Of a DNA stretch of 64,000 bases, positions 40,892 through 52,314 are shown one piece after another. The stretch comes from Candidatus Bathyarchaeota archaeon (GTDB taxonomy: Archaea; Thermoproteota; Bathyarchaeia; 40CM-2-53-6). The stretch is taken from positions 74,185-138,184 of the forward strand of contig CAVWAQ010000002.1 in the NCBI GenBank assembly GCA_963753065.1, given 5' to 3'. Each line of letters starts with the position of its first letter. Positions within the stretch are counted from its first letter, which is position 1. The position numbers and the translations under genes were made by a program. Below the pieces are notes generated by a model. It was given only the letters and a program-made list of their open reading frames with translations, had not been told where the DNA came from and ran no database searches.

Positions 40892-41518
40892 CTGTCAATC
40901 AACAGCATTCATAGCCGATGAGAGAATCAGGATGGAAGGAGACAGACGAACGAAACTAGCACCGCGCCCCTGAGATAACCACGGTACTCGTTGGTTTCTA
41001 CCCCCGGGCTACCAACAATACCTGTTAGCTACTCAGGCTTGGTTGCTCACGACCAAGACTGCGGCGTAACACACTGTGTAGCACACCCGAGTTTTCTAGG
41101 GTATGCATGACCCACGTTTTTCATCTAGGTCTCTATCCCACGAAATTAGCCGGCTGCAGGGATCTGGAAAACCCACCAGTTCTCTGGTGTCAGAAAACGA
41201 GGGCCTTGATGCGTTCAAGGGTGTTTGACACCTCTTCTTGGGTGTTTGACAATTCAAGCCCCACACCGATAAGCAGTGGTCGCGTGTGCCTATCTTACCA
41301 GTGTTCTCTGCCCGAAATCGATGCTTCGCCGTGCAAGAGGATCCTTCGTGGCCCGTGCCTCTCAGTGGTTGATCATTGAGCGCCCGACGAAGTGCGGACT
41401 TGCCTCTGGGTGATGATCTGCCTAGATCAAGTCCGAATCTATATAGACTTTGGTGGCATGCCCAGTGTCTCTAGGGAAGTGTTAAGGCCTCTCCGCCTCA
41501 GGCATCTCACGATTTCGT

Positions 41519-42274
41519 ATGAAGCAAAGCGCTCTGCAGGTGGCCATGGCTTCCCTCAACGCGGCGCTCTACGCCGCGACGGGTGCACTATGGACCCTGA
41601 TTCCAATCACGCTCTTCGGAGTAAGGTTCTGGCCGCAGGTCTTCGTCCCAGGCGCGTTCGCAGTTCTCTTCGGTCCCTGGGTCGGAGGAGTAGGCGCGGC
41701 CGTCGGAATATTCATCGCTGACGTAGTCTACGGGCACCATGATGCACTTCTCAGTCTTCTCGTTGGAGTGCCCTCGAACCTTGTCATGTTTGCTGTTCTG
41801 GGATATCTCTCACGCAAACCATTGAAAGGCATCGGAAGGCTCGGAAGCATTGCTACCGGCGTGGCGGCCCCACTCATCATGGTAGTATACGGGCTGTACG
41901 CATTCTCAGGATCGACACTGGCGATGGTTGTTGGGGTAGCCGCTGTTGCGGTTGTGCTGGTTGCTGTGCCGTACTTGGCGCGTTCGTCTTGGGCTGAAGT
42001 GCAGGCCGCCTCATCGATCGGACTCGCAGCTGGGAGTCTCATAATCGGGTTTGGGATAGTCGCCTACAGCTCCTTCTTCGTGATGCCTCAGGTGTTAGGG
42101 CTTGGTTCTGGTGCGTTGCCCATCGTCTTCGCCTACGGGACCACGCTCTGGACCTACCTATCCGAAATCCCATTTCTCCTGGTGCTCACCCCGCCAATAG
42201 TCAAGGCGGTAAAGGCTACGTTGCCGAGCCTCAAGATCGAGCGTGCACAGGCGAGCAAGAGCAGAAATGCGTGA
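41519..42274 (+). CDS. ECF transporter S-component-like membrane protein
   Basis: NAALYAA, VRFWP, LFGPWVGGVGAAVG.FIAD; overlaps the pantoate kinase start. Confidence 0.75.
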   Translation: MKQSALQVAMASLNAALYAATGALWTLIPITLFGVRFWPQVFVPGAFAVLFGPWVGGVGAAVGIFIADVVYGHHDALLSLLVGVPSNLVMFAVLGYLSRKPLKGIGRLGSIATGVAAPLIMVVYGLYAFSGSTLAMVVGVAAVAVVLVAVPYLARSSWAEVQAASSIGLAAGSLIIGFGIVAYSSFFVMPQVLGLGSGALPIVFAYGTTLWTYLSEIPFLLVLTPPIVKAVKATLPSLKIERAQASKSRNA

Positions 42275-43194
42275 GACGTCCGCATTCTCACCGGCAGGGA
42301 TCAGCAGCTTCTTCGAAATCCTCGACAGGCGGCCTGACGGGCGCCCCTTCAAGGATCTCTCATATGCCGGCGCAAGAGGAGGCGGCTTCGTAATCTCCAG
42401 AGGCGTGTTGACCCGCGTGCGGTTGAAGCGCGCCAAGAAATCACGTGTCTCTGTCCAGGATCAACAGCCGAGCTGCCAACCATGCGAAGACCACAATTTC
42501 AGCAGTTACGAAGCTCCTTCAGATTTCCGGTGAGAGATACGGTGTGACAGTTGAGCATCACGTAGAAGTTCCGATTGGGGCAGGCTACGGGGCGAGCGCC
42601 GCAGGCTCATTGTCAGCTGCCCTCGCCTTTTCCGACGGCGCTGACCTAGGCATGTCCGTAAACGAAGTCGGACAAATAGTACACGAGGCTGAGATTGCGA
42701 ACGGAACCGGACTGGGAACCGTTGGGCCAGTCCTTACCGGTGGTTTCATCCTCACGAGAAAGAGTGGGGGCCCCGGTATTGCTGTGATTGACAGACTACC
42801 GATCTCACAGAGATTGAAGGTCGTCTCGGCTTGCTTGGGCCCGATATCCACGAAGAAGGCTCTCCAATCCAAGGATCTCAGGAGGAAAGTCAATGCCTTG
42901 GGCAGGGAGACGTTTCGATCTATCGTAACCGATCTCCGACCGGACAATTTCATGAGAGCCTCAAAGAGATTCGCATACGGATTGGGCCTGATGTCTCCTC
43001 AGACCGCTCAACTCATAGAGCTGATGGAGGCCGCTGGAGCCATCGGCGCAACTCAGAACATGCTAGGCCAAGCGGTCCATGCGATTGCAGATGAGGATGT
43101 GGCAAGGCGTATCCTACTGGCTGTCAAGAGGCGCTTTCCCAAGGCACAGGCGTTTCAGTGTTCCTTGGACTTTGCAGGAGCTCGTCTGCTATGA
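42267..43194 (+). CDS. pok: Pantoate kinase (GHMP family), +1 frameshift near 42455
   Basis: AFSPAGISSFF, GARGGG in the 5' frame; VPIGAGYGASAA, HEAEI..GTGLGTV, QNMLG in the 3' frame. Confidence 0.88.
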
Positions 43195-43709
43195 CGGCAA
43201 GAAGTCGGCCCTTCAACGAAGTCGCGATCGGCGGGACCTTCGATGTCCTTCACAGGGGACACAAGATCCTTCTCAGAACCGCGTTCCGAGCAGGCGACCG
43301 AGTCCTAATCGGACTGAGCAGGAACGGCTTCGTTAGGCGTCTCGTCAAAAACCATCGGGTGGACTCGTACCCGAAAAGAAAACGGGAACTGGTCTCTTTT
43401 CTGAAGAAGGAAAGGCTGCTTGACAGAGCGAAGATAATCCCTTTGGATGACCCCTACGGGCCAACCATCAAGGACTCGACAGTCCGTGCCTTGGTGGTCA
43501 GCCGCATGACAAAGAAGATGGCCGGCAAGATCAACACGATACGGAGAAGGCGCGGGCTCAAGCCGCTGTCCGTAGTATCCATCGGAATGGTCGTGGCCGA
43601 GGACTTCGAACCGATTTCCTCCACACGCATAAGGGCAGGGGAGATCAACCGCGAAGGCTACCTGGAACGGGCTCGCCGTTCTAGGCGTGCTCGGCTCTCC
43701 CACACGTAA
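43191..43709 (+). CDS. coaD: Phosphopantetheine adenylyltransferase
   Basis: GGTFDVLHRGH, DPYGP, LVVS, ISSTRIRAGEI. Confidence 0.92.
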   Translation: MTARSRPFNEVAIGGTFDVLHRGHKILLRTAFRAGDRVLIGLSRNGFVRRLVKNHRVDSYPKRKRELVSFLKKERLLDRAKIIPLDDPYGPTIKDSTVRALVVSRMTKKMAGKINTIRRRRGLKPLSVVSIGMVVAEDFEPISSTRIRAGEINREGYLERARRSRRARLSHT

Positions 43710-43715
43710 CCCGTG

Positions 43716-43985
43716 CTATCGGCTCTTCCTACGTCTCTTGCGTTTCGCGCGTTTGGCAGGCAACTCGCCGAATTTCTCCAAATCTTTCTTCGACGCCCTC
43801 TCTACGAGTAGGCGCTTTCCCTCTACCCTTACCCTCACCCTAACCAGCCTTCCAGACATCGGGAAGCCCGAATCGCACGTCAGCTTCGTCGGAAGGTAGA
43901 TCCGCGGCGATTCGTACGTCTTTCCGTTCTTTCCTCTTTTTCTCGTCGCGACGTAATTTGCCAAAACTTCCAGCAATTTGATCAT
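43716..43985 (-). CDS. Small basic AbrB/SpoVT-like DNA-binding protein
   Basis: YESPRIYLP....DSGFP...VRVRVEGKRLLVE. Confidence 0.6.
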   Translation of the reverse strand: MIKLLEVLANYVATRKRGKNGKTYESPRIYLPTKLTCDSGFPMSGRLVRVRVRVEGKRLLVERASKKDLEKFGELPAKRAKRKRRRKSR

Positions 43986-44159
43986 CTTGTCCTGATTTGA
44001 TTTTCCGTTCCAAAGTGGAAAGGAATATGGAAAGCAGATTGGAACGGACACATAAAATCGTGACTCGCGGCTTCGTGTCAAGGTAATGCGTTCTAGTGAG
44101 CGTGGTTTGACAAGGTTAAAGAGCCGTGAAGGAGTGGGTACTGGGTTGAGGTTTGCTTA

Positions 44160-44582
44160 GTGAAGGTCAACGTATTCGTGACGAACATGACGGGCGAGCG
44201 TCTCTGGGAAGTCGAGAAGGACTTGCCGGCTCAAATCCAGATAGCGGTCAACATCAACGTGCTCGGGATCGAAGAGCAGAGCGACGGGAGCCTACGGTCG
44301 CCGTTCGTATTCACTGTGAATTTCACGCCCGCCATCGCGCAGATCAGCATCAAAGGTCGCGCAAGGATCCAAGGCGAGAAGGACGAGCTGCAAAAGATCC
44401 TCCAGGAACAGAAAGAGAAGAAAGCCCCTCCAAATCAAATCCTTCAAGCCATTTCGAGTACGGCGATAGCTGAAGCAATCTTGATCTCAAAGACGATTGG
44501 CATTCCCCCACCGCTGCCGCCCCTCCCTAACCCGCCTGCTAACCAGGCGCCGCAAAAGGCCGACTCACGGTACACTGCATAG
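44160..44582 (+). CDS. Conserved archaeal hypothetical protein
   Basis: beta-rich N-terminus, FVFTVNFTP...IKG, C-terminal GIPPPLP. Confidence 0.75.
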   Translation: MKVNVFVTNMTGERLWEVEKDLPAQIQIAVNINVLGIEEQSDGSLRSPFVFTVNFTPAIAQISIKGRARIQGEKDELQKILQEQKEKKAPPNQILQAISSTAIAEAILISKTIGIPPPLPPLPNPPANQAPQKADSRYTA

Positions 44583-44679
44583 TCCAAAAAACTGGAGGGT
44601 TCCAAAACTCTCCAGAAAATTGGAGGGCGTCTTTTCCGTGATGCTCCGTCAACTTAGCGAGAGGTGTCTTGCTCGACCG

Positions 44680-44901
44680 TCAGCGATGCCTCTCGGTTGG
44701 AATGGTGTAGTGGCATGCCATCGCTCCGATTGCTATTGTGGCGAAACATGATCCGAAGAGTCCCAACACGACAGTCAAGCGGAGCCAATACGGATAGCTC
44801 ATAATTTCCTCAGAGAACAGAATGGCGTACAGCGACCATCCTGTGTCCGCACAGGCGAACATCGCAAGCCAAGCAACTAAGGCTTTGAAAACTTTCCTCA
44901 A
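44680..44901 (-). CDS. Small two-TM hypothetical protein
   Basis: Two hydrophobic segments only. Confidence 0.4.
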   Translation of the reverse strand: MRKVFKALVAWLAMFACADTGWSLYAILFSEEIMSYPYWLRLTVVLGLFGSCFATIAIGAMACHYTIPTERHR

Positions 44902-45071
44902 GCCTTCACACTAGCTAGGCGGAGAACATCTCTCGTCTGATTCTACCGTTGTCTTGGTCAGGGTCTCAAACATTTCTGTTTCTTGCGGCTCATGAAAGAG
45001 ACGGACTGTGAGTCGTTGTGATGCCGTGCCAAAGCTCTACGGCGAGCTGCGACGCGGTTGAGGCCGGGCGA

Positions 45072-45503
45072 TTAAGCTAGCTCCCCTGTAGGTATCTCAA
45101 CGATTCTTTCACGCCAATAGCGCGCCAGCATCTCCAGTCTGTTGGAGAATTTGTCGCTGAGTTGTGCTGGTTCGTTCCTTCTCACGCGACTCAGAAGCCC
45201 GCTCTTCAGAAGCGACTGCCAGGTCTGGCTCAGTGTTCGTGCAGAGCAATGTTTCTCCCGAATCAGTTTCGGCGCGAGGTCCTTGTACAGCTCGACCTTG
45301 CTGAGGTGCGCTCGGCTCATTTCCCGGAGGATCGCTTCGGCCAGTTCGGCCTTTCTTGGATTGTATGGGAAGAGTATGCTGCAGAATACCTTCAAGTCGC
45401 CGATGCTGGTTCGATCGGCTTCGATCCTGGGAGTGACGAAGCCGTGCTTCTTCATGTACTCGGCCCAGTATTCCTTGTCCTTGGTGGTCTCAGGAATCGA
45501 CAT
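45072..45503 (-). CDS. Hypothetical winged-helix-like protein
   Basis: SARTLSQTWQSLLKSGLLSR...LSDKFS resembles a wHTH recognition helix and wing. Confidence 0.6.
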   Translation of the reverse strand: MSIPETTKDKEYWAEYMKKHGFVTPRIEADRTSIGDLKVFCSILFPYNPRKAELAEAILREMSRAHLSKVELYKDLAPKLIREKHCSARTLSQTWQSLLKSGLLSRVRRNEPAQLSDKFSNRLEMLARYWRERIVEIPTGELA

Positions 45504-45731
45504 CCGCAATTACCCCATAGTATAGAATGGTGCCCAGTCGCATAAGCGTTCCCACATGGGGTAAATGGGCGGGTGGGTGCATCAAATGATCCAGATTACG
45601 CGTTGAAGCTAGCACTGGAGTCGTTGAATTACCCCATTTGAGATAATATCGCCTGATTTGTACTGGAGGGGCCTCCCAACTCTTTTGAGGTTGGACGCCC
45701 GTTGATCGTAGACATCGAGCGAGGGACTTCT

Positions 45732-46094
45732 ATGCCTAGAGTAATACACTTCGAGATCCCCGCAGACGATCCAAATCGAGCTGTGAAGTTCTACGAGAAC
45801 GTGTTCGGCTGGAAGATCGGCAAATGGGGCCCCATTGATTACTGGCTCGCCACTACGGGACCAGACAATCAGCCCGGGATCAATGGAGCGATCATGACCA
45901 AGGAGACTCAGAAGACCACAGTCAACACGATCGATGTCTCATCGGTCGACGAATATGCGAAGAAGATCGTCAACGCTGGAGGCAAGGTCCTTACTCCAAA
46001 AACGGCAATTCCGGGCGTAGGATACTTCAGCTACTGCATCGATACAGAAGGAAACGTCTTCGGAATCATGGAGAATGATCCCAAAGCCAGCTAG
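45732..46094 (+). CDS. VOC/glyoxalase family protein
   Basis: VIHFEIPADD, FYENVFGW, GINGAI, DTEGNVFG. Confidence 0.92.
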   Translation: MPRVIHFEIPADDPNRAVKFYENVFGWKIGKWGPIDYWLATTGPDNQPGINGAIMTKETQKTTVNTIDVSSVDEYAKKIVNAGGKVLTPKTAIPGVGYFSYCIDTEGNVFGIMENDPKAS

Positions 46095-46656
46095 GTCAAT
46101 TGGCGGCTGTCACGAACGATCTGCACGAGTCTCAAGAGGGCGCTCCAATTTCTTGGAGTGTCAAGAATCATTGCAAAAAATGGAATGCTTGAGCCCACCA
46201 TCTGTCTAGCGTAGTCCGGAGATTCTTCGTCCCAGCCAAGAGCGTTCTCTTGTACGGCACATCAAATCTTCTTTCGTTTCGTTGACCTCTCTTTGCCACT
46301 TGAATGACCAACCGTTTCCTTGTCGCAAACCAATCCTCTATGTAGTATGTGTTGTCGAGGTCCGCGAATGACATGATGCGCCTCAATTCAGATAGCACAA
46401 CCGAGCGGAAGCGATCCCGATCAGCCAGATAGGCGAAATATCCCGCGGCACCCATGAAGAGCACCGGTGAAACAGCCATCCGTCCAACGAAGATCAGACG
46501 ACGTTCAGGCGTCAGGCTGTTCTTCGGGGTCCTTTCGAACACGCATACTGGAACTCGGCGTGGAGCCCACAGCATTTGGCGAAGCTGCATTCGGACGCCT
46601 AGATAGGTACATGATAGTCGCGATCTTAAGCTCTATTGTGGTTGCCGATACTCTCC

Positions 46657-47244
46657 TCAGGCCTTTCTTGGTTCGGAGGGTTTCGCAATGATCTCCTTCA
46701 CAAATAGATCAAAGAAGTTGTTCGAGTGAGCAGGTCGAATAACCAGCGCCGTGTCCGCTCCTCCGCTGGTTCCAGCGATGGTGATAACGGGTCGGTCCAT
46801 GGGAATTTCTCCGGCGTCTGCCGCCATGACGGTGATCTCTAGGCATACTTTCATCCCTTCACCAAACACTCTGAGGGTGTCGGCCATCAGTTCTAAGGGC
46901 CCAATCGTATCACGCTTGGCTCTGATTGCTCGCTCGATGCCTGAGAAGGCATGCCCGGCTGTCACAATGCGAGCACCTGATGCTAGAATCGCCTTCTCGT
47001 TCTCAGGCGTCATCTGTTGAATTCCAGGGGTCCGGAAGCCAGCGTGGTGACGGACCACGATCACTCCGAGTCCTTTGAAGAATTGGCAAGCCCTCACGCC
47101 TGTCCGGCCAGTCGTTGAAGCCACTACGATGTCATGTATTCCCAATGATTCCGCTCTCTCTCTTGCGCGAAGGAATGTAGTTTCGGTGTCTGCTTCGCTC
47201 GGGGTCTCGTAGTAGGCGATTGTCTTCTCTCTCAATACTGTCAT
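46657..47244 (-). CDS. Pyruvate kinase C-terminal-like domain protein (COG1751)
   Basis: IVVASTTG.TG, HHAGF, GEGMKVCLEI..MAADAG, GGADTA. Confidence 0.88.
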   Translation of the reverse strand: MTVLREKTIAYYETPSEADTETTFLRARERAESLGIHDIVVASTTGRTGVRACQFFKGLGVIVVRHHAGFRTPGIQQMTPENEKAILASGARIVTAGHAFSGIERAIRAKRDTIGPLELMADTLRVFGEGMKVCLEITVMAADAGEIPMDRPVITIAGTSGGADTALVIRPAHSNNFFDLFVKEIIAKPSEPRKA

Positions 47245-47474
47245 CTCCTATGTCTTGACCGGCTATTGTTGAGGGGTTGTATTCGCGATAACCCTTTTGG
47301 GGTTTTCCGGGCGGATAGGTGGAGCTGCAGTAGTTGGTCGTGCAAGCCTCGTAGAACTGACTTGTGTGCTCAATCTGGGATCTCTCAACCTTGCGCGTCC
47401 TGATGGCGGCCGTGGGAAGGTTCTTGAATCGCCAGGTGCTCCTTGCATGCTGACGTCATGAGCGTGAAGCTTCG

Positions 47475-48002
47475 ATGAATCAAATAGAAGGCCGCGATTC
47501 TTTTTCCAAGCTGTCGAAGAAGAGACTGCTCGATCTCTTCTACTTCCAGATTCGGAACATCTGGCGTGTGGACGGCTTGTATTTCTTGGGTATTGAGAAG
47601 GAGTTCGGTACCTCGGCTGCTTCAAAGATCGACGCGGAGTGTTGGAAGGCGATGGGGACTCTTGAAGCTCGCCAACTCAAGGAGATGCTCCACACGAAGG
47701 AGTGGTCCGTACCGAAGGTCATGGAGGCACTGGGGCTGACCAGCTGGGCGCTCGACCAGCGTGAGAAGAAGGTGCAAGTGCAGAAAGGTCAAGCGCTTTT
47801 CCGAGTTGTGAATTGCAGCACTCAGCTCACTAGGATTCGGAAGGGCCTGACAGAGTTTCCCTGCAGACCCGTAAGGGAAGGTTACCTGAAAGCGTTCGTT
47901 CAAGAATTGAACCCAAGCGTTACAGTCACATGCAACATTTGTCCACCAGGCGCGCATTCCGAAAATGCATGGTGCGAGTGGAAATTCTCGAAGTCTGCGT
48001 GA
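47475..48002 (+). CDS. DUF6125-like hypothetical protein
   Basis: VDGLYFLGIE, C..Q..R.RKGL.EFPC, CPP.......WCEW. Confidence 0.75.
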   Translation: MNQIEGRDSFSKLSKKRLLDLFYFQIRNIWRVDGLYFLGIEKEFGTSAASKIDAECWKAMGTLEARQLKEMLHTKEWSVPKVMEALGLTSWALDQREKKVQVQKGQALFRVVNCSTQLTRIRKGLTEFPCRPVREGYLKAFVQELNPSVTVTCNICPPGAHSENAWCEWKFSKSA

Positions 48003-48163
48003 GCTCTTTGCACGACGAACGCGTGACTTGCCAGACAAATGGGATTCTTCGTTGTTGGCGAGTTGAGTCCGGGCGAATTCTGGGACTATATAGAAAATAA
48101 GATTGCGCGCGCTTAATATGTAGCTTTCCACGTAGACGGCGGAAAGTTGCAGGAGACCCAGAA

Positions 48164-48712
48164 TTGCTTCATGAAGTGAGGTGGCATGGACGCGCTGGGC
48201 AAGGCGTGATCACGTCCAGCAGGTTGCTTGCTCAGGCTGCTCTCCTTGAGGGCAAACATGTGCAAGCGTTTCCGGAATTTGGGCCCGAGCGATTGGGAGC
48301 TCCTATTTCGGGATTCACGAGAATAAGTGACGAAGTTATAGATACGAGAAGCCAGATCTACAATCCAGGATTCGTTGTCGTTCTGGACCCATCGCTTCTT
48401 GCGACAGTAAATGTGACTAGGGGACTGTTGGGGGATGGTAAAGTTATCCTCAATTCTCCTAAGCGTGCGAGCGAGATGGCGTCGAAACTCTCACTGGACC
48501 AGACCCGAGTTCGGACCATCGACGCCACACACCTCGCGATGGAGATAGCCAAACGACCAATCGTCAATACGGCAATGCTCGGTGCGCTTGCAAAGGTAGC
48601 GCCGCTCGTAGCGCTAGCCTCAATCGAAAAGGCAATCAAGGATCGTTTCGCCGGGAGCTTGGGCGAGCAGAATGTCGAGTTGATACGTCGTGTCTATGAG
48701 ATGGTGGAGTAA
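48164..48712 (+). CDS. porC: Pyruvate/2-oxoacid:ferredoxin oxidoreductase gamma subunit
   Basis: HGRAGQG, FPEFGPERLGAP, NTAMLGA. Confidence 0.93.
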   Translation: MLHEVRWHGRAGQGVITSSRLLAQAALLEGKHVQAFPEFGPERLGAPISGFTRISDEVIDTRSQIYNPGFVVVLDPSLLATVNVTRGLLGDGKVILNSPKRASEMASKLSLDQTRVRTIDATHLAMEIAKRPIVNTAMLGALAKVAPLVALASIEKAIKDRFAGSLGEQNVELIRRVYEMVE

Positions 48713-48715
48713 AGA

Positions 48716-49003
48716 ATGAGTGCAGAAGAAGAGAAGCCTGGTTGGGGCTCGTTACCGATTGGAGCAGTACTCCTGACTCCAGGCGCCGCCGAGCGAAATA
48801 AGACCGGAACATGGCGACTCAAGCGCCCCTTGTTGGATGAGAAGAAGTGCACAAACTGTCTCCTCTGCTGGATATATTGTCCGGAGCCAGCAATCGCGCG
48901 CGGGGCAAAGACGATTCAGTTCGTTTATGACTACTGCAAGGGATGCGGAATCTGCGCGACGGAGTGCCCCACGAAGGCCATCTCGATGACGGAGGAGAGT
49001 TGA
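48716..49003 (+). CDS. porD: Pyruvate/2-oxoacid:ferredoxin oxidoreductase delta subunit
   Basis: TGTWR, CTNCLLCWIYCP, YCKGCGICATECP. Confidence 0.93.
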   Translation: MSAEEEKPGWGSLPIGAVLLTPGAAERNKTGTWRLKRPLLDEKKCTNCLLCWIYCPEPAIARGAKTIQFVYDYCKGCGICATECPTKAISMTEES

Positions 49004-49004
49004 G

Positions 49005-50198
49005 TTGACGAAGACCGTTTCACAGAAGATCGTTGGAATGAATGGCGATGAAGCTGTTGCCTTTGCGGCCAAACAGGCACAAGTCGATGTTGTAGCGGCT
49101 TATCCGATTACTCCCCAGACGATCATAGTCGAACGATTCAGTGACTATGTGGCGAACGGGGAAGTCGACACGCAGTTTGTCTGTGTGGAATCCGAACACT
49201 CCGCACTCTCAGCGTGCGTGGGATCCAGTCTAGTTGGGTCTCGTGTCTTCACCGCGACATCAAGCCAGGGCTTGGCGCTGATGCACGAAGTGCTCTACGT
49301 TGCCTCAGGTCTGCGCACTCCAATTGTGATGGCTGTAGCTAACAGGGCCCTCTCGGCGCCGATTAACATTCACAATGACCACTCGGACATGATGGGTTCC
49401 AGGGACTGCGGCTGGATCCAGATATACGCGGAAAACGCGCAAGAGTCATACGACTGGACCCTCCAGGCCTTCAGGATCGCAGAGGACCACAAAGTCTCAC
49501 TTCCGGTGACTGTGAACCTAGACGGATTCACCATCTCTCATGCAATGGAAGGTGTCTCCGTGCTCGAAGAAGACGAAGTCACACGGTTTCTGGGAAAGAG
49601 GACGCCAATGTACAAGTTGGATATCGCGAAGCCTATGACTTTCGGGGCTCTGACGCTTCCTGACTACTACTCAGAGTTCAAACAGCAACAGGTCGAGGCA
49701 ATGAAGAATGCTCCCCCGGTCATAACCTCAGTCGCGAACGAATTCAACAGAATCTCGGGCAGACAGTACTCCAACCTTTCTGGATTCAACATGAGCTGAC
49801 GCCGATGCGGCAGTAGCATGCATGGGTAGCGTCGCTGGGACAGCTCGGACTGTTGCGACAAAGCTGAGAAAGCAAGGCAAGCGCGTGGGCGTTCTCAAAC
49901 TCTGGCAGTACAGGCCTTTCCCCACACAGGAAGTGGCGAGAGCATTGTCGAAGATCAAAAGTGTCGGCGTTATTGATCGAGCCGTATCATTCGGGGCACC
50001 CTATGGTCCGCTGTGTAGCGATATCGCCTCAACCAAAGTGCTCACGGGAATCCAAACCAAGATCTTCAACGTCATATGCGGTCTGGGTGGGAGAGACATC
50101 AAACCAGCCGACATCGAAGGCATATTCGAAAGAGCCCTTCGACATGCGGAAGGGGCGCCAATTGATGAGCCGTCAACGCTATTGGGGGTGCGGCCTTA

Positions 50199-50199
<1 letters not shown>
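49005..50199 (+). CDS. porA: Pyruvate/2-oxoacid:ferredoxin oxidoreductase alpha subunit, +1 frameshift near 49796
   Basis: YPITPQT, ESEHSA, TATSSQGL, NRALSAP; continues MGS...RPFP...GLGGRD in the next frame. Confidence 0.9.
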
Positions 50200-51146
<947 letters not shown>

Positions 51147-51194
51147 CCAGAACAATTGAAACGATTATATGGAATTCACTTGTGATAGGGCCGC

Positions 51195-51719
51195 TTGAAG
51201 CTGAAGCCGATGCGCGCAAAGCAAATCCTCGCTGTCGTTGTGCTGCTGGTAGTGGTGTTTCTCATAATCGTTCCACCGCTTCTGAATGGGGGCGTGAAAG
51301 TGACCTTGTCTTCGACAACCTCTGTTCGTGCAGATCATGTTTTCGTGACGATCGGAGAGATCAGTGCACAGAGAGCAGATCTTGGCGCCTCATCGGGTTG
51401 GCAGTCCATATCTAACCAGTCCACTGTTTTGGATCTCACACAGACAAACATGAGCGAGACAGTCGCCTTGGGCAATCTGCCTCTCGGACAATACAACACG
51501 ATAAGGGTGAGGGTAACGAACGCGACGGTGATGATCAACGGCACTTCACAGAGAGTCCAGCTTGAGTCGCGGCTCTTCACAGTCCCGGTTTCGTTCCTAA
51601 CACAATTCGGTACGAGCACAGTCATCATGCTCAAGGTCTCTCCGGAGGTCCAAGTAACCGGGAACGTGGTGAACCTGAAATTGTCCTTCACGGGTGTCCC
51701 TGCAAATCCATCTCCATGA
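51195..51719 (+). CDS. Membrane-anchored DUF4382-like protein
   Basis: N-terminal TM; HVFVTI..I, GW, LP.G.Y..IR. Confidence 0.6.
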   Translation: MKLKPMRAKQILAVVVLLVVVFLIIVPPLLNGGVKVTLSSTTSVRADHVFVTIGEISAQRADLGASSGWQSISNQSTVLDLTQTNMSETVALGNLPLGQYNTIRVRVTNATVMINGTSQRVQLESRLFTVPVSFLTQFGTSTVIMLKVSPEVQVTGNVVNLKLSFTGVPANPSP

Positions 51720-51784
51720 CTCTTTGCGTCCGAAACCTACAAGTCTCTGATGGAACAGTCCATTTGCAAGGTGTCAAATGAGCG

Positions 51785-52309
51785 TTGGGCATACTGGGAA
51801 AAGACAAGCTCGTCGAACTGGTCAACTCCTTCAAGTGCGTTCACCCATTTGATTTCAGTCTCCTAGATGGAGACGGGTACGTTCTGACGGTCAAAGACGA
51901 GACGACCTTGCACTACTTGGAGCACAAGAATCTGATTTCTCATGAGGTGGTCTTTACTCCGCCGAACTATGTGGCTCACCTCACCGCCAAGAGTCGGTAT
52001 GGAAGATTGGGACTATCGTTCCTGAACGCGGCTAAAGTTCACAGTGGCTTCGTGGGACGATTGGCGCTCGAGCTGGTGAATCTGAGCAACGACCGTACGC
52101 CAATAACTATCAAGCGGGGCGAACCCCTGATGCACATAGAATTCATTACCAGAGATGGCGAGCCATCACCGTACCAGGGACCATACATGTTCCAATACAT
52201 GAGCGACGACGAGGCGACGCTGTACAGACAGATGCTACGGAAACACTTCTCTAGTCTCTTCGATGAAGATGTACTTGGCCGGATGGTCCGAGACCGTATA
52301 AGTTCCTAG
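51785..52309 (+). CDS. dcd: dCTP deaminase-like protein (dUTPase fold)
   Basis: KSRYGRLGL, HSGFVGRLALELVN, PY.G.Y. Confidence 0.75.
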   Translation: MGILGKDKLVELVNSFKCVHPFDFSLLDGDGYVLTVKDETTLHYLEHKNLISHEVVFTPPNYVAHLTAKSRYGRLGLSFLNAAKVHSGFVGRLALELVNLSNDRTPITIKRGEPLMHIEFITRDGEPSPYQGPYMFQYMSDDEATLYRQMLRKHFSSLFDEDVLGRMVRDRISS

Positions 52310-52314
52310 GAGAA

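Noticed and set aside
46168-46590. 140-aa minus-strand ORF
   Set aside because: Start is unclear and no family was recognised; may be real but is unsupported.
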